The notes beneath the pieces were generated by a model. It was given only the letters and a program-made list of their open reading frames with translations. It did not search any database and was not told the origin of the DNA. This document shows positions 29,644 to 39,402 of a DNA stretch of 64,000 nt, piece by piece. Made by a program: the position numbers and the translations under genes. Numbering within the stretch: position 1 is the stretch's first letter; each line of letters opens with the position of its first letter. This stretch comes from an uncultured Bacteroidota bacterium (lineage in GTDB: Bacteria > Bacteroidota > Bacteroidia > UBA7662 > CAMTUB01): the NCBI GenBank assembly GCA_947084835.1, contig CAMTUB010000008.1:1524-65523 (forward strand), written 5' to 3'.

Positions 29644-30215
29644 ATCCAAACGATATAACTGCGTGTATTTTAGCTGGAGGCAAAAGCTCTCGAATGGGAA
29701 CAGATAAAGGTTTACTCTTATTAAATCAGAAACCGCTAATTCAACACATAATTGATGCAATCCCAAATTCAATTATCAACCAAATTATTATTGCAAATTC
29801 TGACTCATACAGCCCTTTTTCAATTCCAGTTTATAGCGATATAATCCCAGACTGTGGTCCTTTAGGCGGTATATTTACCGCTTTAAAGCATGCCAAAACA
29901 GATTGGATTTTATTGTTATCGTGCGATATTCCACTTATCAACTCATCGATTATTGAAAATTTAATGCACACACAAACCGATAAAAAAGGCATTGTTTACG
30001 CATCTAACCAAAAGCTGCACCCGCTATGCGGTTTTTACCATGTTTCTATTTTATCTGAAGTTGAAACCCGTTTGATTGCAGGTGAGCTTAAAATGCAAGA
30101 ACTTTGCCATACTATACCTGTTTTTGCCGTTGATTTACCGCAGCAATGGGCAAATAACTTCAAAAACATTAACACGCCAACCGATTATAATACCTTACAA
30201 CATGAGTACGCATAA
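29637..30215 (+). CDS. mobA: Molybdenum cofactor guanylyltransferase
   Basis: ILAGGKSSRMGTDKG motif. GTG start overlapping the moeA stop. Confidence 0.85.
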   Translation: MVNPNDITACILAGGKSSRMGTDKGLLLLNQKPLIQHIIDAIPNSIINQIIIANSDSYSPFSIPVYSDIIPDCGPLGGIFTALKHAKTDWILLLSCDIPLINSSIIENLMHTQTDKKGIVYASNQKLHPLCGFYHVSILSEVETRLIAGELKMQELCHTIPVFAVDLPQQWANNFKNINTPTDYNTLQHEYA

Positions 30216-30438
30216 AATACGTTTATTTGGTTTTTTGGTGGATAGCCTTAAAAACTATCACCTAGAAATACCTTTACAAACCGATTCGGATGCAGTTTTA
30301 AACTACCTCAAGCAAACCTATCCACAGCTTGAAGGTTTATCGTATTCGTTAGCCATCAACAAAAAAATTGTACACCAAAATCACCCTTTAAACGCCTCTT
30401 CAGAGTTGGCATTGTTGCCGCCTTTTGCAGGAGGATAG
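30202..30438 (+). CDS. moaD: Molybdopterin synthase sulfur-carrier subunit
   Basis: 78 aa from the ATG at 30202, ending in the diagnostic C-terminal GG. The ORF-track start at 30076 lies inside mobA. Confidence 0.8.
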   Translation: MSTHKIRLFGFLVDSLKNYHLEIPLQTDSDAVLNYLKQTYPQLEGLSYSLAINKKIVHQNHPLNASSELALLPPFAGG

Positions 30439-30447
30439 TAATCCGAA

Positions 30448-30891
30448 ATGGAAACAAAACCGAAAAAAACAATTTGGGTCGAAGGGCCAATTTCTGCCGA
30501 TAAAATTGCCAAAAGCATTGCTGCACATCAAACCAAAAAAGATATTGGCGCACACAGTATTTTCTTAGGTCAGGTTCGAGCCGATACTATCAACGGACAA
30601 ACGGTTGCCGGAATCGAATACTCTGCCTACACCGAAATGGCCGATGAAGCCATTGCCGAAATTCGCGAAAAAGCATTTTCGAAATTCGATTTAACCTGCA
30701 TGCACATTTACCACAGTGTAGGCATGGTAAAATCGGGCGAAATATGCTTGTTTGTTTTTACCTCATCGACCCACCGCAAAGCTGCAATAGATGCTTGCGA
30801 TTGGATTGTAGAATCGATAAAAGAATTAACCCCAATCTTTGGCAAAGAATGGTTCGAAAACGAAGAATATACCTGGAAAGTAAATAAATAA
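30448..30891 (+). CDS. moaE: Molybdopterin synthase catalytic subunit
   Basis: 147 aa directly after moaD; typical MoaE length and conserved core. Confidence 0.85.
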   Translation: METKPKKTIWVEGPISADKIAKSIAAHQTKKDIGAHSIFLGQVRADTINGQTVAGIEYSAYTEMADEAIAEIREKAFSKFDLTCMHIYHSVGMVKSGEICLFVFTSSTHRKAAIDACDWIVESIKELTPIFGKEWFENEEYTWKVNK

Positions 30892-30892
30892 C

Positions 30893-31804
30893 ATGGTTGA
30901 TATCACCTTTAAAAGCAATACGCTCCGCATTGCAATTGCAGAAGCTACTATCTTGGCGAGTTTGCCTGCTACCATAGATGCTATAAAAAATAAAACCGTA
31001 CCCAAAGGCGATGTGCTGGAATGCGCGCGTGTAGCTGCGCTTTTCGGGGTAAAACGCACCAGCGATATGATACCTGATTGCCACCCCATGCCTGTAGAAA
31101 AAACAGAAGTTCGGTACGATATTTTGGATAAAAGCATACGAATAGAAGTGGAAGTGCATACCATTTACAAAACCGGAGTAGAGGTTGAAGCCATGCATGG
31201 GGCATCGGTAGCCGCTATTACTATGTACGACATGCTTAAACCGATTGACAAAGGCGTTGAGATTTGCAACATCCGTTTGGTGGAGAAAAAAGGAGGCAAA
31301 TCTGATTTCGCAAATGCGTTCAGAACCGACTTAACGGCTGCGGTTATTGTTTGCTCCGATAGCATTTCTGCAGGTAAAAAACAGGATAGAGCTGGAAAAG
31401 CCATCATCGAAAAACTTGAAAAATCGAAAGTTGCGGTAACCAAGTATTTTGTGATTCCGGATAACATAGAAGCCATACAAAACAACGTGCGTATGCTTTG
31501 CGACCAAGGCATAAACATGGTAATACTTACAGGCGGCACTGGTTTATCGTACACCGATGTTACCCCAGAAGCTTTAAAGCCACTTATTGACCGCGAAATT
31601 CCGGGAATTTCAGAAGCCATACGCAACTACGGGCAAGAAAGAACTCCATATTCTATGCTTTCGCGCAGTGTTGCTGGGCTTTGCAACAAAACACTGATTT
31701 TAGCACTGCCAGGCTCTACCCGCGGTGCCAGCGAATCTATGGATGCGGTGTTTCCATCGGTGTTGCATTTATTCAAAATTATGGGTGGCGGTAGCCACGA
31801 TTAA
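30893..31804 (+). CDS. moaC: Bifunctional cyclic pyranopterin monophosphate synthase accessory protein MoaC fused to a MoaB/MogA domain
   Basis: N-terminal half is MoaC-like (KGDVLECARVAALFGVKRTSDMIPDCHP). C-terminal half is MogA/MoaB-like (TGGTGLSYTDVTPEA ... LPGS). Confidence 0.85.
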   Translation: MVDITFKSNTLRIAIAEATILASLPATIDAIKNKTVPKGDVLECARVAALFGVKRTSDMIPDCHPMPVEKTEVRYDILDKSIRIEVEVHTIYKTGVEVEAMHGASVAAITMYDMLKPIDKGVEICNIRLVEKKGGKSDFANAFRTDLTAAVIVCSDSISAGKKQDRAGKAIIEKLEKSKVAVTKYFVIPDNIEAIQNNVRMLCDQGINMVILTGGTGLSYTDVTPEALKPLIDREIPGISEAIRNYGQERTPYSMLSRSVAGLCNKTLILALPGSTRGASESMDAVFPSVLHLFKIMGGGSHD

Positions 31805-31999
31805 AAATAAACCAATTGGTTTACCAACAGTATATGTTAACCGAAGATGAAAATGAAAGGCGCAGAGGGGCAAAATCATAATAGAACAAAATAAACAAAT
31901 TGGTTTACCAACCGTACAATTTAATCGAATATGAAAATAAAATTGTTGAGGGATAATAAAGCCCCAGAGGGGCGAAATATCAATAGAACAAAATAAACA

Positions 32000-32675
32000 A
32001 ATTCGCATCAAGCTCCATACGAGCGGAATAAATTACAAAAACAAAACAACAAACACATAATTATTAATTGTTGATTTTGTTGAATAATATCGCTCCTACG
32101 GAGCTGAATACATTTACTATTCAATCATTCTATTATTATGTTGCTCCTACGGAGCTGAAAAAACCAAATCTTGTTCCGTTCTATTATGATATTGCTCCTA
32201 CGGAGCTATATTTCGACCTAGAAAAACAAATAGACCAATTGGTTTACAAACTTTACAATTTAACCGAAGATGAAAATAAAATTGTTGAGGGAAAATAAAG
32301 CCCCAGAGGGGTGAAATATCAATAGAACAAAATAAAACAAACTCGCACCAAGCTCCGTAGGAGCGGAATAAATTACAAAAACAAAACAACAAATACATAA
32401 ATATTAAATGTTGACTTTGTGGTATAATATCGCTCCTACGGAGCTGATTACATTTCATATTCAATCATTCTATTATTATGTTGCTCCTACGGAGCTGAAA
32501 AAACCAAATCTTGTTCCGTTCTATTATGATGTTGCTCCTACGGAGCTATATTTAAAAATAGAAAAACAGACCAATTGGTTTACCAACTGTACGAGTTAAC
32601 CGAAGAAGAAAATAAAATTGTGGGCGAAAATAAAGCCCCAGAGAGGCAAAATCATAATAGATAATAATTTTGTTT
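32000..32675 (+). repeat. Tandem direct duplication, period 340 bp (two copies, high identity by eye)
   Basis: Hairpins at 32012, 32092, 32143 and 32194 recur at 32352, 32432, 32483 and 32534, exactly +340. The flanking text is collinear, with a small deletion near 32565. Confidence 0.85.
32212..32298 (+). pseudogene. Isolated 3-prime-terminal remnant resembling the C-terminal tail of restriction-modification/N6-methyltransferase proteins
   Basis: Translates as DLEKQIDQLVYKLYNLTEDENKIVEGK*. This resembles the xIDxLVYxLYGLTEEEIxIVEG tail seen on Eco57I/PglX-type enzymes. No upstream catalytic domain. Related decayed copies lie at about 31809, 31896, 32569 and 32669. Confidence 0.35.
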
Positions 32676-32962
32676 ACCAACTATACAATTTAACCGAAGA
32701 TGAAATTAAAAATGAAGAAGAAAATGAAAGCTCCAGCGGGGCAAAATCATAATAGAAAACAGAAGAAGAAATTAAAATTGCAGACGAAAACAAAGCCCCA
32801 GCGGGGCAAAATATCAATAGAAAATAAAAGCAATACCCATCCAGCTCCGTAGGAGCGGAATAAATTACAAAAACAAAAAACCTAACCCGCAGTTTAAACC
32901 GTGGGCTATAATCAACCTCATCAATCCAAATAAATGCAATTTCAAACATGCAATCAAAACAG

Positions 32963-32990
32963 AAAAGAGGAGCCAATTGGCTCCTCTTTT
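32963..32990 (-). terminator. Rho-independent, bidirectional-looking terminator downstream of the RIC gene
   Basis: Perfect palindrome AAAAGAGGAGCC-AATT-GGCTCCTCTTTT, with an A-run and a T-run on either side. Confidence 0.7.
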
Positions 32991-33023
32991 ATTAGTATTA
33001 GGGTTGTCTTAAACCTAAATAAA

Positions 33024-33944
33024 TTATTGAGCTAAATTTCTGAATTTAACAAAAAGTAAATTGTTTTCGAGGTTGATGTGCATATGCAAATCGGCTTCTA
33101 GTTCTTTAAGCGCATTATATGCAATTACATAACTGTTGCATGCACCATTTGGTGTTTTGTAATTATCGGTAAGGCCACTCATGGCGCGTAGCGCTTCGCC
33201 AGCTCCATCGTGGTCCATTTCCATTTGCGCTAAAATTTCTTGGATATGCGGAGGCTTTTCGCCTGTTTTCTCAAAATGCTTAATTATCGGGAACAACACT
33301 TGCTCTTCTGCTCCCATGTGGTTGGTAAGTTCTAGCATTAAGTCGTCAAAAATATTGAAAACATCAATGGTTTCGGGGTGCTCAATGCCATGCACACGCG
33401 ATACCTTATTCAACAACTGATGTATGGCAGGCATGTTTTCTTTCAAAAACTTATGGTGCGTATCTACAATATAATCGCATAAGAAAGCCAAGTTCCAGTT
33501 AGTAGGGTTATCGCTTTTTAGGTCGTTTACTTTGTCCAGTGCGGCAAGTTCATCGCGTAGTGCAAACACATCTACATCTCTTTCAATGCATGCTTTTTCT
33601 ACCGATTTTTTACCACCGCAGCAATAATCAATGCCGTGTTTTCCAAAAACCATGGCTTTACGAATATCGCTAGCAGCAATTTCGCCAACTGTTTCTGCTT
33701 TTATGTCTTTGCTTAATTTCGAAACCCTTACTAAAGATGTTTCAGGCAACCTTTCGATAAAAGTCCATTTAAACACCGGACCATGTGCCTCGATTAGCGT
33801 ATAAAAAAGGGCTTTGCCATCGCCCGAAATGAAAATATCAAACGATTCTCCGGTTTTTATTTCTGAAAAAAGTTGAAGAATTTTATCTTGTTGATCTGAA
33901 ACACTCATTTGAATAAACGAGCTTGATTCTTTTAAAACAGTCAT
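33024..33944 (-). CDS. ric: Repair-of-iron-centres di-iron protein (ScdA/YtfE/DnrN family) with an N-terminal DUF2249-like extension
   Basis: ScdA_N motif HGIDYCCGG. Hemerythrin-like His/Glu motifs (HHKFLKE, HMGAEEQVLFP, EMDHD). About 85 extra N-terminal residues. Confidence 0.8.
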   Translation of the reverse strand: MTVLKESSSFIQMSVSDQQDKILQLFSEIKTGESFDIFISGDGKALFYTLIEAHGPVFKWTFIERLPETSLVRVSKLSKDIKAETVGEIAASDIRKAMVFGKHGIDYCCGGKKSVEKACIERDVDVFALRDELAALDKVNDLKSDNPTNWNLAFLCDYIVDTHHKFLKENMPAIHQLLNKVSRVHGIEHPETIDVFNIFDDLMLELTNHMGAEEQVLFPIIKHFEKTGEKPPHIQEILAQMEMDHDGAGEALRAMSGLTDNYKTPNGACNSYVIAYNALKELEADLHMHINLENNLLFVKFRNLAQ

Positions 33945-33995
33945 AATAACGTTGGTTTTCTTTTACAAATTTCAAGAAAACTATAGGTTTAAAAC

Positions 33996-34009
33996 CTGAC
34001 CATAGTCAA
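33996..34009 (-). promoter_or_regulatory. Candidate Crp/Fnr-type box; reads TTGACTATGGTCAG on the minus strand
   Basis: TGAC-N4-GTCA palindrome centred about 58 nt upstream of the RIC ATG, in the 76-nt gap after the preceding gene. Confidence 0.4.
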
Positions 34010-34020
34010 GTAAAGAGTAC

Positions 34021-35232
34021 TTATAAATCAGTCTTACGTGTTCTAAAAAATGAAAATACGATGACAAAAATCCCAACCAACATCCCACTCGATGCTAAGA
34101 ATAATAATTTGGGTTGATGGGCTAAACTCCACCAATGAAACGCTTGCATTAATCCTTGCCAAACCAGTATTTTTTCAGAAACAATAAAGCTTACTAAAAA
34201 TGTAAGTATGCCAACGTTGAAAATTCTTGAGTTCGGGAATTGGGTATTTTTCAGCAATAACAAAGCGCTCAAGCTGGCAAAACCCAACAATATCAAATGC
34301 AAATGCGCAATAATAAATACCGGAAAAGCCTCTGCTAAAACAGCCACAACCGGCACCGATGACACCAACTGAAGCATCAATTTTAAAACCAGCGCCAATA
34401 TCAACGAACTTAGGATTAATCGATTTATTAAATTCTTTTTTTGATGTACGATGTATTTAAAAAAGGGTCGGATAAACAAATGAAAAAGCGCATAAAACTG
34501 AATCAGCGCTGCAAAACCACTTAGTATATGCACAACAATGGGTGGATTTAGCCACAAAGTGGAGAGAAAATAGGTCAACAATACAGATACTGCCAACCAC
34601 AAAACATTTCTTTTATCGTGAATCGGTGGCGTAAAAATTTCGCTGTAATGTTGGCGTAAAAGCGCTACAAAAGCAACCACAAGCCATCCGTTAATGATAA
34701 AATGCAAGAAAAAATAAATGCTTAACCGATAAATGGTCGTATGCTTTAAACCCATTGCCATAATTGGGCCTAAACCCCATGCGCCTAAAGTAGAAAGCGC
34801 TAAAAAGAATACCGAACACAGCGCAAGCGTTTTATTTATTGGGCTGATGCCGCTATTTTGCTTTACATCGGTATAAAACCGGATTGCAAACACATAGCTG
34901 CAAATGATGTAAAGCGCTGAAAACGAGATGGAGAAAAAACCGTAGCCCTGCACTGGAAAACCCAACAACATACCCACATTTGCAACCTGAATTGCGTTAA
35001 ACAACTTTGTATATCGATCGTGTTTTTCGAGATGTACAAAGTATCTTAACATAAAAACATAAAGGACTGTAAAAAGCCACCCCAATAAGGCTAAATGCGA
35101 ATGGGCGTGTACCCAAAATCTATATTCGAAAAGTAAAGGATAAAAGTCTAAGGGCAAACCGCGCAAATAAACTCCGATTAAACCAACGATAATAAACCAC
35201 AAAAAAACACAGTTGAGCTTGCTGTTTCCCAT
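34021..35232 (-). CDS. Polytopic membrane protein with HxHxH/HxH-LLG(W/F) motifs; NnrS-like by context only
   Basis: 403 aa, about 12 predicted TM helices. Motifs VHAHSHLALLGW and AHLHLILLGF. Lies next to RIC, a position often held by nnrS in NO regulons. Confidence 0.35.
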   Translation of the reverse strand: MGNSKLNCVFLWFIIVGLIGVYLRGLPLDFYPLLFEYRFWVHAHSHLALLGWLFTVLYVFMLRYFVHLEKHDRYTKLFNAIQVANVGMLLGFPVQGYGFFSISFSALYIICSYVFAIRFYTDVKQNSGISPINKTLALCSVFFLALSTLGAWGLGPIMAMGLKHTTIYRLSIYFFLHFIINGWLVVAFVALLRQHYSEIFTPPIHDKRNVLWLAVSVLLTYFLSTLWLNPPIVVHILSGFAALIQFYALFHLFIRPFFKYIVHQKKNLINRLILSSLILALVLKLMLQLVSSVPVVAVLAEAFPVFIIAHLHLILLGFASLSALLLLKNTQFPNSRIFNVGILTFLVSFIVSEKILVWQGLMQAFHWWSLAHQPKLLFLASSGMLVGIFVIVFSFFRTRKTDL

Positions 35233-35247
35233 GTATGCTATGCCATA

Positions 35248-35282
35248 AAAAACCCCGATTGAAACTAAATACCAATCGGGGC
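35248..35282 (-). terminator. Rho-independent terminator after the tyrosine phenol-lyase gene
   Basis: Minus strand: CCCCGATTG-(11 nt loop)-CAATCGGGG followed by TTTTTT. The T-run ends about 16 nt before the next ATG (35232). Confidence 0.65.
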
Positions 35283-35333
35283 AATCCTAAAAACTGACTC
35301 AAAAGCCAGTGTACAAATGATAATTCTAAGATA

Positions 35334-36740
<1,407 letters not shown>

Positions 36741-36766
36741 TTAAGTAAAAAAAGAGGATAGCTTTG

Positions 36767-37741
36767 CTACCCTCCAATAGAAATCATGCTTCTGTTTTTC
36801 ATAGCTGAAGCGTCAATATCGGCATTAATAACTTGTCCGCCTTGCTGAAAATGTTTGGCTTGTATGTTTTCTGAAATGAGAGTAACAATGTCTTTGCCTT
36901 CGCGCAAAGGCGTTAACAAATCGGCTTCACCGTTCGAGAACAGGCAGTTTTTTAGCTTTCCATCGGCAGTTAACCGAATCCGATTGCAGCTGCCGCAAAA
37001 TGGGTGCGACATGGTGGTTATTACTGCAAAAGTTCCTTTTGAATTGGCTATTCTATATTTACGAGAAGTATCGTGCGCTTTGTCTTGCAGCTTTTCAACG
37101 GTGAAAATATTGCTAACCGTTTCTAAAATCTGATCGTGCGATATTACTTTGTGCCATTCCCATTTGTTGCCATCAAACGGCATAAACTCGATAAAACGAA
37201 CATGCAGTGGTAAGTCTTTGGTTAGCGCTACAAAATCAATGATTTCAGCATCGGTTTCGCCTTTCATTACTACCATATTCACTTTTACATGAAAGCCGTT
37301 TTCGAGCAAAAGCAACATGTTGTTATACACTTGCTGAAAATTATTTCTGCGGGTTATGGCGTTAAATTTTGTCTCTTGAAGCGTATCTAAACTCAGGTTT
37401 ACTTTTTTTAACCCTGCATTTTTAAATACATCGATAAAATTATGCACCAAAACACCGTTGGTAGTTATGGCTAACTCTACTGGCAATTTGCCCAACTCAG
37501 CAATAATTTCGGCTGCATCGCGGCAAACAAGCGGTTCTCCGCCCGTTAGCCGAATTTTGGTTACGCCAAGTTCAACGAAAGATCTAGCCAAACTCACCAC
37601 TTCCTCTTTGCGCATAAATAACGCACTTGGGCGGAGTTGTATACCCTCGGCAGGCATGCAATACACGCATCTCAAGTTGCACTTTTCTGTTAAAGAAATG
37701 CGCAGGTAGTTGTGAGTTCGGCCAAATTTATCTTTCAGCAT
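36767..37741 (-). CDS. moaA: GTP 3-prime,8-cyclase (radical SAM)
   Basis: CNLRCVYCMP radical-SAM motif; C-terminal CGSCNRIRLTADGKLKNC auxiliary cluster; ends in GG. Confidence 0.92.
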   Translation of the reverse strand: MLKDKFGRTHNYLRISLTEKCNLRCVYCMPAEGIQLRPSALFMRKEEVVSLARSFVELGVTKIRLTGGEPLVCRDAAEIIAELGKLPVELAITTNGVLVHNFIDVFKNAGLKKVNLSLDTLQETKFNAITRRNNFQQVYNNMLLLLENGFHVKVNMVVMKGETDAEIIDFVALTKDLPLHVRFIEFMPFDGNKWEWHKVISHDQILETVSNIFTVEKLQDKAHDTSRKYRIANSKGTFAVITTMSHPFCGSCNRIRLTADGKLKNCLFSNGEADLLTPLREGKDIVTLISENIQAKHFQQGGQVINADIDASAMKNRSMISIGG

Positions 37742-37929
37742 TACTTTTTATCTTCATTATCGGATTTGATATCGGAAACTCCTTTTTTAAACTCACTAAT
37801 GCCTTCTCCAAGACCTTTCATGAGTTGTGGAAGTTTAGAGCCTCCAAAAAAAAGTAGTATCACTACACCAATCACTAACAATTCTTGCATGCCTAAGGCT
37901 GCTAAAAAAATATGATTTAACGTTTCCAT
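37741..37929 (-). CDS. tatA: Twin-arginine translocase TatA/E family protein
   Basis: 62 aa; single TM helix followed by [23 protein letters not shown]. Its stop overlaps the moaA ATG (TAATG). Confidence 0.88.
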   Translation of the reverse strand: METLNHIFLAALGMQELLVIGVVILLFFGGSKLPQLMKGLGEGISEFKKGVSDIKSDNEDKK

Positions 37930-37936
37930 ATCGGTT

Positions 37937-38503
37937 TTATTTAACTAAATATAGCATTAAACTAGCTACATTTCTGGTATAATCGCTTGCAGGCATTTCG
38001 TCTAATTTCTCGCAAAATTTTTCGACAAAGCTCTTTACATGATCTTTAATAAACTTGTTATACGCATCAATTCCAATTTCTGCTTGATCTGTATTTGAAG
38101 CGAGTGCAATTTTAGTTAATAAAATTGAGGTAAACTCCAATTCGTAATTTAACGCATCGGGCGAATCGCCACTTTTTGGGGTTATTCCAAATGCTTTATA
38201 GAAAGCCGATACATCTGTAACCGCTTGCATGTTGTTTGTGCAATAGCTTTCGGTTTGTGGAATTCCTTTTTGGATATATAACCTTGAGTAATCGGCTAAA
38301 ATTTCTTCTGGCAAATAACTTTCGTTAATTGCAGCAATCAATTTTTCTTGCTCATCATTCAACGATTTGGAGGCTAACAATTCCTGAACTAACGTTTTGC
38401 GTTGCGCTAAACTTGCATCATCAGGATAAGAAAAACCCATGCTAGCAATGCGGAACAAATCTGCTAAAACCAGCCAATTATTTTCAATTTGTGTAGTAGT
38501 CAT
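37937..38503 (-). CDS. TorD/NarJ-family molybdoenzyme maturation chaperone
   Basis: 188 aa helical protein between the haem-b subunit gene and tatA. The assignment rests mainly on position and size. Confidence 0.6.
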   Translation of the reverse strand: MTTTQIENNWLVLADLFRIASMGFSYPDDASLAQRKTLVQELLASKSLNDEQEKLIAAINESYLPEEILADYSRLYIQKGIPQTESYCTNNMQAVTDVSAFYKAFGITPKSGDSPDALNYELEFTSILLTKIALASNTDQAEIGIDAYNKFIKDHVKSFVEKFCEKLDEMPASDYTRNVASLMLYLVK

Positions 38504-38507
38504 GTTT

Positions 38508-39383
38508 TTACTTTTGGATTTCTAAATCGGTCCACATACTGTAATGCTTACGACCACTAATGTTGTTTTTATTACCATCCCAAACTGCAAAAGCAACTTT
38601 CGACTTTCCACTGGTTAAGTTTGAATCGTTTGGATCTGGAGAGGTTATCGGGCGAACAAACATTACGCGCCACGTGTTCTTATTCCATGACCCCCAAGAG
38701 GTTGCATTCTGATACTTTTGTGTTTCTAACGTACCGTAACCTTCTGCATTTTCTTCTTCGCAAGGAATCTTACGGTTCATTATAGACATTGGGTTTTTAG
38801 AATACGTTCCGTGCATACTTGATGCCGCTTTGCCTCCAGAAACTTGGGCTGCAGAAATATCCGTTGCAAACGCACCTTCAAAGTTGACCACTTGTTCTTG
38901 TCCAGGGTATAAGTCGGTCCAATAGTTTGGATATGCATCTTTAACATCTCTAAATCCAAATTCGATATCTTGTTGCCAAACTGCTTTCCAGTGTATGATA
39001 TGCACTTTGCCGTTTTTATTTCCCATCATAAAACTTGGGGTACCACCACTTGTAACCGGGAATTGTATTGCAACTTGATCGCAGAATTTATCGGCATCTA
39101 CAATCACATCTTTGGTGGCATCATCCCACTCAATCATGATGGCTAAGTTTATACCATCGTTCATGCTTCTAACTCTTACCGAACCAATGCTTGCCATATC
39201 AAGCATTGGTGGGGTAACTTTTTGAGCAAATACAGGCATGGCAACCGGTTCTATAGCATCCCATTCGCCTGAAAAAACTTGTTTTTGAGCGATAGATGTC
39301 GTTTTCTTGGATTTTATAACTCCTTGCGCATACGTAAAGTTTAACGCAATTGAAGCTATTATAAGGGCGAAAATTCTTTTCAT
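38508..39383 (-). CDS. Periplasmic haem-b subunit of a type II DMSO-reductase-family enzyme (EbdC/DdhC/SerC-like)
   Basis: 291 aa with a Sec signal peptide. Sits directly downstream of the Fe-S subunit gene. Soluble beta-rich protein, not a NarI-type membrane protein. Confidence 0.6.
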   Translation of the reverse strand: MKRIFALIIASIALNFTYAQGVIKSKKTTSIAQKQVFSGEWDAIEPVAMPVFAQKVTPPMLDMASIGSVRVRSMNDGINLAIMIEWDDATKDVIVDADKFCDQVAIQFPVTSGGTPSFMMGNKNGKVHIIHWKAVWQQDIEFGFRDVKDAYPNYWTDLYPGQEQVVNFEGAFATDISAAQVSGGKAASSMHGTYSKNPMSIMNRKIPCEEENAEGYGTLETQKYQNATSWGSWNKNTWRVMFVRPITSPDPNDSNLTSGKSKVAFAVWDGNKNNISGRKHYSMWTDLEIQK

Positions 39384-39402
39384 GGCCTTTTATTCTTTCC
39401 GT

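Larger units (their letters stand above)
31809..32960. repeat. Non-coding array of REP-like 5-3-5 hairpin repeats in both orientations, interleaved with repeated tail-coding fragments
   Basis: 15 hairpins (GCTCC-GTA/TAC-GGAGC or GCCCC-AGA/AGC-GGGGC, some degenerate). They start at 31859, 31961, 32012, 32092, 32143, 32194, 32300, 32352, 32432, 32483, 32534, 32635, 32730, 32795 and 32844. Several are followed by AAATATCA(T)AATAGAAC or GGAATAAATTACAAAAAC. Confidence 0.85.

Noticed and set aside
31859-32856. Possible CRISPR array, because of many short repeated palindromic units
   Set aside because: The repeats are only 13 nt, irregularly spaced and present in both orientations. The apparent spacers are themselves repeated, and no cas genes are in the window.
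31769-32976. Five small ORFs in the repeat array (31769-32011, 32068-32298, 32198-32464, 32408-32599, 32674-32976) with APTEL / PLWGF-type repeats
   Set aside because: They are read-throughs of the hairpin repeats (GCTCCTACGGAGC translates as APTE). They occur on both strands over the same DNA. The two tandem copies differ by a frameshift and mainly non-synonymous changes. No plausible start context was seen.
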